Notes: generated from the letters alone by a model not told the origin. Counted from the stretch's first letter, positions 37,201 through 50,470 are shown. The stretch is DNA of 64,000 nt from Anthoceros angustus (GCA_010909165.1 VJWM01000016.1:682001-746000); one strand, 5' to 3'. Translations and numbers: made by a program.

Positions 37201-40200
37201 GGAATGAGGGCAATTGATCTGAACTGTGGTACTGACCTTTGGCGTGTAGAGATGACTGCCCTCAACGAGCTCATTCATCTCTGTATCCAAGCCCACGATC
37301 CAATCAAGCATGCGTCGATCAAGCTCTACTTGCTGGTCCATCAAGTCTCCACCTCCTCTGGTATATGGGGTTGTCCTCATCTTGATAAGACCTCTGGCAA
37401 CCAGCCTGCTGGACTTATAAAAATAAGTTCGTGCTAGAACCTGCACAGGTCATCCAAATACTGCATAAAAAGACATATACACACAACATACTTGTTGGAT
37501 TGAGTTACATGCAGACAGAAACTGTGCGGATAGATGAAAGTCTCACGATTACCTGTTCCTTGAAGGAATCAAAGTAAACAGTTAACACATCCTTCACCTG
37601 CAATGACAAAATACCATAGCCCCACAAAGATCAGGCTGATTTGCCAGATGAAGATGCCAAATAGTGAAGCTGCAGGGTCTGTAACAGTACCTGTACTGCT
37701 TCACTACTTCGGCGGTAACTACCATCACCATTTTCTGCTTCAAAGATGCTTTTCACGACAGGTGATATTGAGATGGCTGCAGCACACAATCTTGTTCAGG
37801 ACCAATAGCTTTACACTGAGTTGACACATCCAGAGAAGCATGAAGTATACACAGATAAGAGTTGACCTGTGAGCATGACCACCACTCCTTTCTCAAACTC
37901 ATCAAGAGCCAATTTCCGTGCTAGAGCCTGATTCAGCAGCAGGTATCACCATAAGAATAAAGTCCAGCAATTGTTCAATTTCTGAGACCTGCGAGGCACG
38001 ACCGAAAACCATGGTTTCGTGCTACAAATTACACCAGGCTTCACCACTACAGCAAAGGGTCATCAAAGAAACAAGAGACAAATGCAAGTACCTCGAGACG
38101 AGGAAGTTGCAAAGAACCCTCCTTTATTGCATCTTCTGTAATTTTCATCCGTTCCTGAAGTCGATTCTGAGTAAATCGAAGCTTTGCTCGCAGTTCCCTG
38201 ATGCTTGACGTCTAGGCAAGGCAAGTTCCATTCAGAATCAGAAACAGAGGACTTTGCCACTACTTCACATTACCATGGCATGAAGCAGGAGCTCTAAGTT
38301 GTCAGGAAACAAATGTCAGGAACCAGTTACAGACAAATTGTGCAGGGGAGCTGTTTGCAAAATGCTGGAGATGGATTAGACGTAATGGTCATCTGCATAT
38401 GGAATGGCTCTAGTCCAAAAAGTTGAAATGCAGTGCCCATGTTTGCTGAACAAAAGGATCTCTCAATCGAAAGGCAACTAACTGGGACGCGTAGTCAAGA
38501 TGACTTCTCACCTTGGTAGAGCGATACACATCATACCATGGCCTCTCATCGTTGAAAGCTTCCTTCATATCCTCCTTGTGGCGAGCTTTCGCAATGCGAA
38601 GCATAAGTGCCAGCACTTGGAATGCATCATCTAGATATTCCAAACTGGATTTGTAAGGGCCCAGTTCACCCTTTAACGGCTTTGTGTCTTCCTCTGAAGG
38701 GACTGCTGCAGCAGGACATGTTCCAATGTTGGTTGTCACGTCAGCACCATTTGCAGTTACGTCCGTGACTGTTGCTGTCTCGGCCTCCGTGCTACCAGCA
38801 TCTCCGGACAGCGTTTTCCGCTTTCGTAGCGGCGCCAAGTCTGCCTGAACCAATTGGTCCAACTGTCCAACCTGAGCTGATACATCATCCGGAAGCGCAT
38901 CGTCGTCCAAATCAGTGAACTTCCTCTTTCTGTCAGGACCAAGTCCGCTCTTGTCTGTCAACTCCTTAAGCAGCGCTGTGGCAGAACAAAAAGGGCCTTT
39001 GTCGTCCACGGAGCTACTGACAAGTGCAAAAGTATCCCCATCTGTAGCCATTACCGCCTCTGTATGACTCTCAGCCTTCAGAAACCAAAGTTGAAGTTTA
39101 ATCAGCAAATCACGGCATCCACATTTCAACCAGCAATCCAGTTGCACGTGTGGCTATAATCCTGTGAAGTGAATGACATAAATGCTTTCTAGAGATGGTC
39201 ACCTATTTACCTTTGAAGCCTCCATGACATTCAGCAACTCGGTTTTGCTCAACTTTAAACGTTGCTCAGTTTTCAAAGGCCTCAGTAGCAGTACAGAGAC
39301 AGCTTCATTGGTCATGCGAATTGTCTTTCCATCGTAGTCGTCCTGCAAATACACTACCTTTTAGTCAAGTCAATGACACGAAGGATGGGGGAAAACAGGT
39401 CAGTCAAGTGGCCCAGAAAGTAGTATAAAAATAACAAAAAACCATCAAAAACTCCAAACGTGACCATCCTCAGCCTAAGACTTGCTATACTCATCCGGTA
39501 CAGAGAACAAAATAATTAACCATCAGAAAAGGTCCAAAGTTTCAAGATCCCATACCTGCCCTACTATAATGCCCTCTGCCATATGTGTCCGTTTGTCATC
39601 CAAAAACTCCTCCACTTCAAGAAGACTCATCCCGCAGAGATCCATAGCCATCTCTTTGTCATCTTGCCTGAAACCTGTAGAGCAGTGGGCCCATTAAAAC
39701 ATGATCTGTGAATGAACACAAACATTCACAGAAGAAAACCTCAAACACAGCAGAACCTAGAACTGCCCGCACTGAGGCGGCCTTCGAAGCTCCTCGCACA
39801 AACAGGAGCTGAAAGAGATCTGCCTCGGCAGGAGAGAGGCCATAACGATTAGCAAGCCGTAGCACCAGAGGATGCATAGCTGCATCTGCAGCGGCCAAGC
39901 GGCACTGTGATCTTGCTTCTATCTTCTCCAGCAGATCATCCACGATCTGCAAAGCCTCCTTTCTGGTCAGACAACATTACCCAGTCAGCCACCCCTGAGA
40001 CGCGAACAGCTCAACCAACGCTGTTACTGCCATAATGTCTACACTTGCTTCTCTCTCTTACCGGGATGATGGCATAACGTCAACGACTCTGCAGTTGGGA
40101 ACCACCCTATTCCTGACACTGTCGCTGCTGCAAGTTTCAGTATCTCAAACCGAAATGTGGAAAAGACGTAGTTCTGAACCTCGAATGCACCAAAGGAGGT

Positions 40201-40914
40201 GGCAAGAAAAAAGCACACCAAACACTAGCAGCGACAGGTCGGAGGCTGTATTCAATCACAGCGAAACGTCGGGTGGGACAGAAAATCCGTGTATCGACAG
40301 ACGTCGGGCTATCTAGACCTGACACCGTCGTGAGAGGACGACTGTAGGTATACCCAGGAATGGACGGATTCCAGTCACTGGACCTACTGAGCTCATCACC
40401 GACAGACCCTGAAGGGCGTCCGCGTGACAACTGGGGGAAGCACAGGGTGTTCACCAGCTTGCTACCCACAATTTCACCGGACTCTACCATGACCACGGAT
40501 TGCGTCACTAAAACCGCTTCACAACACAATTTCGTATGCCAAACCCAGCAAAGAAAATCCCCCCAATCCCCACGCCAAAGACACCGCGCAGCTGGACCTG
40601 ACGAAAGATGAACAGAGTGTGGGGCAGGATGCTCACGCTGCAACATTCAGGGCCGGCGTTCCGTTCTCAGTTGCCGCAGCTCCGAAGCTCCGGCCCAGCG
40701 TTCGCAGCAACTCCATCCTGTGAGCTCGCAACACAAACTTGAGCTCCAGATGCGCCAGCCACGCAGCCTCTCCATACGGGCGCTGATCGGCACTCTGCAC
40801 CTCTCCTTCGGTCGCGGATGCCTGCACCTCCTGCAGCTCGGCGTCAAATTCTCGCAACAGCAGGAGGATGTCCCGTCGAATCCTCTCTGGGTCGGGCACA
40901 GCGGTGGCCGCCAT
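34284..40914 (-). CDS. Multi-exon tandem double-AAA+ ATPase; internal exon bounds approximate
   Basis: AAA1: GLVILLCGASGTGKT, VIFFDECE, LLTEMERHEGIIMLATNRPLDLDEAMHRR. AAA2: CLFWGPHGTGKS, VLVLEDF. First exon MAATAVPDPERIRR (40914); last exon AALRVGD...MSRAYV* (stop 34284-34286). GT-AG introns. Confidence 0.85.
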
Positions 40915-42202
40915 CGGGAGGTGCTGCGTTCGTCCACGCAAGGAGGGAGCACCTCCTCACTGCACAGGCAAGCGCACCACCGGTACCGCCCTCGTGAAAA
41001 TCCGAATTCCCCCGCGCCACGCCACAATTCTGACCTACTAATCGGCACCTCGCAAATCCTCCACAACGCTACAAAGAACGTGCCCGGCACGACAAGACGC
41101 CTGCACGTTCAATTGTGGGAGCCCAAAAGAATTGTAGCAACCTCTGCAACCGGCGAAACAGCCCCTCTTCCCGGAGCTGCGGCAAAGAATGTGCAGGCGG
41201 TTCCCCGCAGAAGAATGACCCGCAGGGCAGGCTGCACCGGAGGAATCGAAGGCAGCGGAGACGAAGAAACCCAGCCCCCGAGCGAGATTGCAGAGCACGC
41301 GAGATTGCGGCGCGCAAGGTGGTGCGGGAATCAGGAATCAGAACAAGGCGGAAGAGGCGGGAGAGGAAGCCAGCAGAGAGGGAGCGAGACTCCAAGGAGG
41401 AAATGGAGGAGGCCAGGGTTTTGGACGGGGATTGCCGGGCGCCAGCCAGTGTCACCCTCGCTTCTCCGGACCCAAGCTTGTTACTACTCTGGTCTGCGAG
41501 TCTACAGCAGTCGTCTGTGTCTATCTTGCGCGGGCGGGCGGGCGGGGCCCGGGAATGGAGGCGAAACCTGGGTGGCGAAACTAGGGTGGCAAAACCCAGG
41601 CCGGCATTTCGTGTATGTATCGAGTGAGAGGACACTGGCGACGGCAATAGAATAGGTTTCCCAAATTCCCAGTACAGCAGCTACAGCTCAAAGGGGAATG
41701 TGCATCTCCCGACATCGCAGGGAGGGAGCCATGCGGCACAGGGCCCGGGGCCGGGGCCGGGGCCGGGGGGTTTTCAAGTGTGGATCGCACAAAGATATCT
41801 CCGCTCCTGCTCTGCTCTGCTCTGCTCTGCCCTGCCTGCCGGCTTCAAGTTCCTGCGCATGCGGAAGCGGAAGCGGACGTTTTTGCAGCGAATTGCGCGG
41901 CCGCTGTCGCCAACATGCAGAAAAGGAGCGCTGCCTGCCATTGAACAGGCGCTGATGATGGTTCGGAATTAATTGTTGTACTGCTGGAATTACACCTTTG
42001 CGCGCCCCTTCGGGTTTTCCGAGCTGCGGAGCGACATCCCGGGGGGAGTTCAAGCGTGCCACTGCAAATCCATCCTAGTGCTTCCTGCGGAGCATCCGCT
42101 ATCTGGGGAGTCAAATGCTACAAAACTATTGCCTCAACATAATACAACAAAACAACACACGTTTCAAGAAGAATGTTTCTTTTTTTTATGTTATATCGAC
42201 CC

Positions 42203-42452
42203 AAGAAGGAGGAGGAGGAGAAGGAAGTAGGGGGGAGGAGGAAGGAGAGGGAGGAGCGGGGAGGAGGAAGGAGAAGGAGGAAGGAGGAGGAAGGAGGAGG
42301 AGGAGGAAGGAGGAGGAGGAGGAGGAGGAGGAAGGAGGAGGAAGGAGGAGGAGGAGGAGGAGGAGGAGGAGGAGGAGGAGGAGGAGGAGGAGGAGGAGGA
42401 GGAGGAAGGAGGAGGAGGAAGGAGGAGGAGGAAGGAGGAAGGAGGAGGAGGA
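42203..42452. repeat. (GGA)n microsatellite
   Basis: Directly visible; abuts a short 3' remnant of the structured repeat family. Confidence 0.95.
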
Positions 42453-43413
42453 ATTTACTCTAGGTAGTCCAGTAAGGACGGATGACATTTATGGACTCTT
42501 TTTATGTTAGTTGGTTTATTTATTTATTTATTTATTTATTATCTAGTTAATTAATTATTCGATTCGTTAATTGGCATATTGAGAGCAGTTGGATGCCAAT
42601 TAGCTATTTTTATTTTTTTTAATGATTTTCTTGAAGAATTTTCAACTCATTTTCCTATGAGTTTTCTACCCTAATATTCCACCTCACTATATATTTAACC
42701 TCTATGATAACGTTACCGTATAGGTATTCCAAGTGCTAGACCTATAAAGAACAAATGTGTTACCCCTTTATATTCTAGTAGTCCTATAAATTCAGCTCTA
42801 AATTCTAAAATGAGGAATGGTAAGAAGAAAAGCGTTGAAGAAACAATATAAACCTTGTTCAGGCTACATCCTATATATGATAAAGTGGTGTTTTTAAAAT
42901 TTTACTAACTGACTAATTTTGCTGACTGATTTTGTTGAATGACTTTGCTAATTGATTTTTAAGTTGATTGATTTTGCTAACTAACTTGCCTTTGCATCAA
43001 ATGGCATTGAAGTGGCTGATGTTCGAGCCTGCAAATAGAGGAGGCTTTTTCAATAAAAAGAATAAGATACAATTGGATGATATCTACCCTATGATCAATA
43101 AGTTTGTGATTTTATCTAGAATATTTAGGGAGCATGTCCTTTTGAATTTTAAGTTGTGAATTTGGCTTGTTGGTGGATGTGTTTCTATTCTGAATATTTA
43201 GGTTAGTGACAAGTGCATAGCAAGGTGCAGCATGAAGTTATGAAGTTGGTCTAGCATAGTACATAGTGCCAGGCCTTTTCATCATTTCCCCCTTCACTTT
43301 ACTCTTCGGCAATCACTTGATTAGTGAAAACTTGTCCAAGTGCAGCAATATTATATGGGGGTCCTCATATTCTTCATCACTGTTGCTGCAGTTAAGATAT
43401 CCTGTACCTCTCC

Positions 43414-43673
43414 AAATGTGTGTCCAAATGGCTTAGGCCGAATGGACACACATTTAAATGTGTGTCCAAATGGCTTAGGCCAAATGGACACACATTTATA
43501 AGAACGGGATGATTAAGTATCCTGAGCTTAGACCGGTACTTAGATGGGGTGCCTAAAGGGAGTGGATGCCCTTGGTGCAAGTAGCTTAGGCACACCAAGG
43601 TACAAGTTGTTAAGTACCAAGTCCCATGACGGAAATCCGTCCTTGGTGGACTTAAATAAAATTCTTCTTCTTC
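43414..43673 (+). mobile_element. Structured SINE-like repeat, copy B (duplicated 5' hairpin, aataaaa + (TTC)n tail)
   Basis: Reverse complement of copies A and C; ends ttaaataaaattcttcttcttc. Confidence 0.8.
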
Positions 43674-44100
43674 TCCAGTAAGCTCCTAGCTTTGTTCGAG
43701 ATCGATTTCTCTATCGCCATCCTCTGCAAGTTGGTGGTGGATGATGGCTAGAAGAGAACAATGTTGTTGCATCCGCAATTGTCTAACTTGACAAACAAGT
43801 TAAACAGGAGATAGTTTAAGATGTTGGAGGTGGTAGAGCGTAAGCCCAAGCGTGGACTTACTTTGGGAATAGTAGGCAACAATAATGTTTTGTGAATCGC
43901 TTTACAGTTAGATTTAGTAGGAAACCCAAATCGGAAGAGATCTATGTCATTCCATCAGCAAGCTCCTAGCAATCATATTAAACAACAACAAGCTACCGAT
44001 AAACAAGTTCAATGCAAAAAAAAAAAAAACAACTCCAACTCTGACAAAACAACAGCAAGCTCTTGACGAACACCTTCGAGGCCAAAAAAAGGAAACAACA

Positions 44101-44321
44101 GGAAGAAGAAGAAGAAGAATTTTATTTAAGTCCACTAAGGACGGATTTCCGTCATGGGACTTGGTACTTAACAACTTGTACCATGGTTGCCTAAGCTACT
44201 TGCACCAAGGGCATCCATTCCCTTTAGGCACCCCATCTAAGTACCGATCCAAGCTCAGGATGCTTTATCACGGCGTTCTTATAAATATGTGTCCATTTGG
44301 CCTAGGCCATTTGGACACACA
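44101..44321 (-). mobile_element. Structured SINE-like repeat, copy C
   Basis: (gaa)n followed by a sequence near-identical to 10621-10822. Confidence 0.8.
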
Positions 44322-44739
44322 ACTAGGAAGCTAGACAATCAACTTCGATGCGTATAAGAATATGTTTATTATAGTTTACTTGACATTAAAAGTTAAAATT
44401 TAATATTTTTTAATCCTAACCAAGCATTTTACTAAAAGTTTCCAAAAACTATAGGTTGAATTGAAATTTTTGTGTTGAATCGATTGTCTGATATTCACTC
44501 AATTTATGGAAGATGCATAATCAAAGGAAGCGATTGTTCCTCTGTTGATGAGATCCATTCATATTCAATGTGAAGCGTGTTGTTTCTATGTCATAAGATA
44601 ATTATTATAATTAAGGCTATTGTGTTGGATAGTTTGGAAGATTTGGCTGAAAGGTTTTGTTTGGTCTTTTGTCTTTGCCAAATTTATTGTCTTATTGATT
44701 AGAATATTCAAGATTGAGAATAGGTTGGTTCACAGGGCT

Positions 44740-44930
44740 AAAATTGTCATCAAATACCATTCTTTGGTATGGCACAACTCTTCTATATGGCACAATGTTA
44801 TTGTGACTGAAAAGGTCTGCCTAGGTCTGCCAAATATGAGACTTGCTTGCAAGATTGATGATTGATTCATGGTGGGAGGTTTTGAATATTGCCAAACATT
44901 GCATATTGGACCATTGAAGTCGATGGTATA
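44740..44930 (-). mobile_element. Possible Helitron-associated (DUF6570-like) coding remnant
   Basis: Degraded QYAMFGNIQNLP ... KSHIWQT..RPF resembles the GQY..GNxxNxP / YKS....VRP motifs; weak. Confidence 0.25.
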
Positions 44931-45320
44931 GAGCTACACTAAATGGATAAAATCTAAATATTATATATTGACGATTGAAGTCACTCTAGAATATGACTGA
45001 GTGCACTAGAGCATGGAACATAACAGGATGTACTAATGTATGGGTGGGTTCATTAGAATGAATATCTATTACACAAAAAAACTTAATATGGATATATTTT
45101 TCTATAATATCATTGTAAATACTAGAAGATTCATATGATTATCCTCAAAATCATCAAACACAACTTCATCAAACACGAGTGTGAGCAGTGAGCTGGAGTG
45201 GCGCCACAATAAGTGTCCAATGAGGCGAGAACGGGGGAATATGTGTACAATGAGGCGAGAGTGAGGAATATGTGTACAAGCTGTGACGTGCAAGTGCCAG
45301 AGTACCTGGTTCCGGACGGA

Positions 45321-45380
45321 CCACAAACCCACAAACCCACAAACCCACAAACCCACAAACCCACAAACCCACAAATCCAC
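45321..45380. repeat. 8-bp tandem repeat (ccacaaac)n x7
   Basis: Directly visible. Confidence 0.95.
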
Positions 45381-46499
45381 GAACCGGAATGTACACAGAG
45401 CCTTTAATTCTCACACTCTACCCCGGACAGAAGAAGCGGGGTCTTTCACTGTGTTAAGGCTTCTTACAGCTGTTTTTGGAGCTGTGAACGGCCGGAATCG
45501 GGCCAGGTACTCTAATATCGAAGGGACACTGACATGAAACACGGCAAAACTGGCGAGGGAATCCAGACGACTTGGAGAGTCACATGACATCGAGAGGAGT
45601 GTGTGGCGGTGAGGACAGGCCAGCTGAGCGCACCCCGTTTTCCCTGCGCCGAACGTTTGACGACAATGAATGTCATTACTCTCCCTCTCCCTCGGCCTCG
45701 GCCTCGGCCCAGGCAGCAGGCAGGGGGAGTCGGCACAGCGCGCCCGTACCCTGGGGCCCCCGCTGCAGGAGCCGCTGCATCAAGTGGGTTCCGTTAGGTC
45801 AGAGGCCACAGATCCGTTCCGAACTATGGCTTCCGTTCCGCAAGTCCCTTGTCGGCCTGGCGGCCTGGCAGCCCTGCCCAGTGGCGTCTGCATCTGCACG
45901 CAACCAACTCTGAGCAGGAATCATCATCGCTGGTTCGCCACCAGACTGCCAGTACATACATACACCACACAGCAGGGCGGGGCAGGCTGGCAGAGGTAGG
46001 GGAGGGCCAGCTCCCGCAACTCCCAAGTCCACAATGGGGCCAACTCTCTCCGTCGTCCCCTGTACTTGCCTGCGTCGCACATGCACACAATCCACATCTC
46101 GGAACGCAAAGAAGGCTATCACAATGCTCCATGCTCGCGACAGAACCGGGGAGCCGGGGCCCGGGACGCGGGAATCAGGAGTCGGGCGTCGCGCGGGACG
46201 GAAGCCTCTCTGCCAGGAGACGGGACAGGCCCTGGCCTTGGCCGCTACAGTCTGGACTGCTGCGGCCGATGTGAGCAGGGAGCTGACAAGCACTGCCCGC
46301 AACCGCTTTACCATACTTTATACTCGCCACGGCATGCCCAGGCAAATCGGCAGTCATCCGAGAGGCTGGGCGCCCACGCATTGCAGGACAAGCAGGGAAA
46401 TCCTCCTACAATAAAAATAATTTTGAGGTACAAGAATAATGGTATATGTGGCTACGCTACATTGGTGACGCTGCGAATGTTGACCTCACCCTTTTGTCT

Positions 46500-49400
46500 T
46501 TACACGTCCGGGGAGATGAAACTGTCCACGATGCCGGCAACAGATGCGTATGTCCCCGCTATCAGGCATACCACGCCAATGCCGATGATGCCGGTACACA
46601 CCAGGGCCTGAGACCCAAGGAAAGGGGCCACTCCCACATCAGAGGAACCCACTTTGCAACCAACCCACATGACCCACTCCAACATTGTGCTGCAAACACC
46701 AACATCCCCCAACCCAGCAAAAGGCTGCCACCGCAATACTACCAATACCCGTACGTCAAGCACAATATCATATGCCCTACTCTACTCCTCTCCCACCCAT
46801 TTTGTCTTTCCCTGTCCCTCCCTGTAAATCTCTGTGCATGCATGAATGTTACATTACCTGCGACATGGTTGCTTTTTTGCCCAATATTCGCAAATAACAA
46901 GCGCAAGGGAGGATAACCGACTGCAGAGATTAGTGACACAATGCCCGTTATTAGTCACTCGCTCAAAACAATTGTAATGTACTAGCTGGGGCCACACGTG
47001 TACAAGGATGGGTTCAGGGAGCGAAGGGACATACGACAGTTACGCTGAGGAAGGAGCCGATGAAGGCCATCACGTAACCTGCCTCATCAAAGCGTCAAGC
47101 CACATTCAGTGGGAGTCTGGAGCTGGAACACGAGAGCACAATGGCGTACATGTTCAGGTCTCAAGGGAAGAGAAGGGAACTCACCGAAAAAAGGAACCAG
47201 GATAGCAACGGCCACGGTTGACGCCACAAGCAGGGTTCGTATCAAGATGGAAGTTGACCGGTACCGGAAGCCATCTAGATTCGGAGGAAGCAATTCCTCC
47301 AGACTCAATGCCACCGGAGTCATTGTCAAAGCATATGTGTTCCCAAGACGGTTAAGGAGAACATGAATCGTTGCTTCGCTTGGATCGGTCAAAAAGCAAA
47401 AACACCATCATCTCAAGCGTGCCAATGTCTCAAGCATTCAAGGACTGGGAAGCAATCAAAGACAGTTAGCTGCTCACATACTGGCACTACTCGCTATCAC
47501 AAAACGTATGCTAAATATTATGGAAGGATATTTGGTAAAGGGATTCACGACCTGCGCATGGCAACACCATCAGTACACGTTAGACGATGACAAGGGGCCC
47601 TGGAAGAACAGCCAGGGAAAGGTGAACCACTCCGTGAAGGCGCCTCGAGCTTACCGTGGTCCACAAGGCGATTTTTGATGCCACAAACTGGCTGGGAAGA
47701 TTCAATGTTATCTGAGAGGCGGTGTCGTCTCCGAACATGGTGTAACCCATAACTGCAACGCCGCCGATGATGCAGGTGCATGCTAAGAAGCTGCAAACAC
47801 AACCCTAGTGAGCCTGAATAATGATGCCCGTCGCTATAGCCGTGAATGATGCAAGGACAACATTCACGCACAAACCCTCAACATGCCTTGAGTTCACCCA
47901 CCTCAACTGCAGAACCTTGTTGAATTGTTCTGGATGTTTCATCGATGAGTAGATGTTGGGGAACACTGCATGACCCGAAAAGCAGAACCCATATAGGCCA
48001 ATTGATACAGGAATTCCTCCCAGGTTTAGAAGTGGCCCAGTGTGGGTGAAGCCGACGTTATCCACAGTCCCCACCCAGATCACGGAACACACAACGACGA
48101 TGGAGGCCACCACACCCCCAGCTGCAATCCAGAGGACAAAAACCGTTACGGATAAGCTGGCTGCCGACTCTGGGCCCTCGTCATGTTGCCTCTTGAAATT
48201 CTCAGGCAACTTCCTGCTTTTCTGTTCCCCTACACTGACAGAAACACCAAGCAACCCACTCGCAGCGAATGATTCCAGACCTGAAACGTAGGATAAGAGG
48301 CTGAGATCTCTGAGCCATACAGTGGGCAAGATGCACAATGCAGTTAGCACTGCGAACACCTTGTGTGAATCCACATGGACCCCAGCAATATCAAGGTGAA
48401 CTCCAGGGAATAGAGCTGACAGATTGTCTCCCTCGAGTATCAGAAATTCCACACAACAAGCCTACACATCCACCACGTCCAAGATGAACTATGAAATGCC
48501 ACAAGAAACCGCTTTTCCAACGGCCAACTGGGTGTAAGTGGTGGGATGCTTACATAAAGCTCAGTGTACAACACAATCTGCAAGCAAGGAAAACCCATCA
48601 GCATCTTTTGACCAGCAAACGAGACTGCAGCTGACCTTCAAAAGCAAGGCAAAGAATGTTGTGAGGACTCACTTACAGAAATTACAAGCCGTCCCAGGCC
48701 TCCGAAGGCAGCTTGACCGATGTCTGGATAAGTTGCCAAGCCTGGCTTACTGTCCAAACACCAGCGTAACATGATGCCTGTGTAGAGGCAAACTAGAGCT
48801 AGACCGAGAAGAAGAAGGAGGCTTATCCAGCCTCCCTCCCTAACTGCATACGGAGTAGTGAGAAGACCAACCCCTGCGAGCACATTCATACCTGAAAACC
48901 AACAAGCCCAGAGAGGATTCAGTCCCCGCCAGAACAGGGCCCAAAAATCAGGATCCCTCCCACATTCAGCTCCTCCCTACCATTGAGCACGGCCTGCGTG
49001 AAGCTACACTTCTTCACTGCCGAAACCTTGACGTCATAGGTCTCCTTCGGAAGCGGCTCAGAGGGCTTCCTCTGAGCAACAGGGTAGGCAACCTCGGCTT
49101 TCTGTGGTTTTGTTGGCCTTGGCAGAAAGGGAACTTTGATATGCGAATCTGTGGCATCCGGTGAGTGCACTGAGGGTCTTCGGTACGAGTTGGAGAGGTA
49201 TGTGCCGCTCTGCCGGCTAACTCCTGGGCTGAACATGCTGAGCCTTGGCGAGGCCATATAACTGTACATGTCCATAGAGTGCCTGGGAGAAGGAGCTGCG
49301 AGGCATGAGAAGAAAGCCTTTCACAGACAGCACAGACAGCAACGCTTCCACCTCAGACCCATGTTCCGAGATCTCTGTAATTAGAGGAGAAATAAACCGA

Positions 49401-49796
49401 CCCAAACACACCCACAGACCACGGATTTCATCCCATAAACTCAATTCGTGCACAACACAACGCCTCCAGAAACTTGCGCTGCACTGTCAAAGCGCTCCTG
49501 CGCAACAGCAGACACAGAATCCCATCCAGGAATCCCGAGAAGCCACTGCTGTGGAATTGGACCGAACACACACACAAACACACAGAAATCCGCGACGGAA
49601 ATCACCTGTAGCTTTGCGGCCACTGCTGGCTGTTAGCAGGGGACACGAGACTAGTCTCCCTCACGGAGGCGTTGGGGGACCTAGGCCCTGCCTCCTCGTC
49701 GTCGTCATCGTCGTCGTGCCTCCCCTGGGGATCGTCATCTTCGTCGTCGCTCTCTCCGTGACTGTCGTAGAAGGAGGCATTCCTGCCGGCACTCAT
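46500..49796 (-). CDS. AVT1: Vacuolar amino acid transporter, AVT1 family (multi-exon)
   Basis: [105 protein letters not shown]. Confidence 0.93.
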
Positions 49797-50470
49797 CGTG
49801 GGTAGCTCGGGCGTCGCTGTTGCTCCTGTCAGTCGAGACAAACAACAGTCGCTCCCAGCTATTTCCCCCGAAGACGGTAGAATCCCTCAGGCCGCTGTAA
49901 GACAAACAACAGTCGCTCCCAGCGCTCTCTCCACAAGAGGGTAGAATCCCCTCGGGCCGCAGCAATCCTGCGGTGACAGCGACCTCACAAAAATCCTTCC
50001 CGGACGAGAAAACAGAAGGAGAGAATTCTCAGAGCAGCAGGCATTCGTCCGAGATCAGAGATCAGGCATTCTCTGATCTCCCCTCGGCACATGGAAATTC
50101 CTAAACCAAGCCAAATTCAGGCAGTTGCTACGCGCGGGGGGTTTCCCGCCTGCCTGGTTCCCGATACATAATATTAGCTGCAACAACCTCACAAAAACAG
50201 GTCGCAGAGAATTATACGGCGCTGGGATGGAGGGGGGAACGCGATCATGCGCTTCCACTCCGCAATGCGCTGCAATTCCAAGAGAGCGCGCAGAAGAAGA
50301 AGGCCATCGCGGTAGAGAGAGGAGAGAGACTCGAAGAAGGGGATGCTGGTATAGTAGAATCGATCCGCTTGATCGCGCGTGTTGCTAGCAGCAGAAAAGG
50401 GGTCCCTTGCTATCGTCCAATTCTCATCATCCTGCTGGCTCCTTTTCTTCTTCCTGCGCTTAGTCTAGAA

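Noticed and set aside
40720-42100. Several 100-311-aa ORFs upstream of the AAA gene
   Set aside because: GC-rich promoter/5' region with no recognisable domains; the longest overlaps AAA exon 1 in antisense.
43530-43655. Hammerhead, twister or tRNA identity for the structured repeat
   Set aside because: No CUGANGA/GAAA core, no twister consensus, and no GTTCRA B-box or cloverleaf found by eye.
45321-45380. Telomere-like repeat
   Set aside because: The unit is CCCACAAA (8 bp), not CCCTAAA; short and interstitial.
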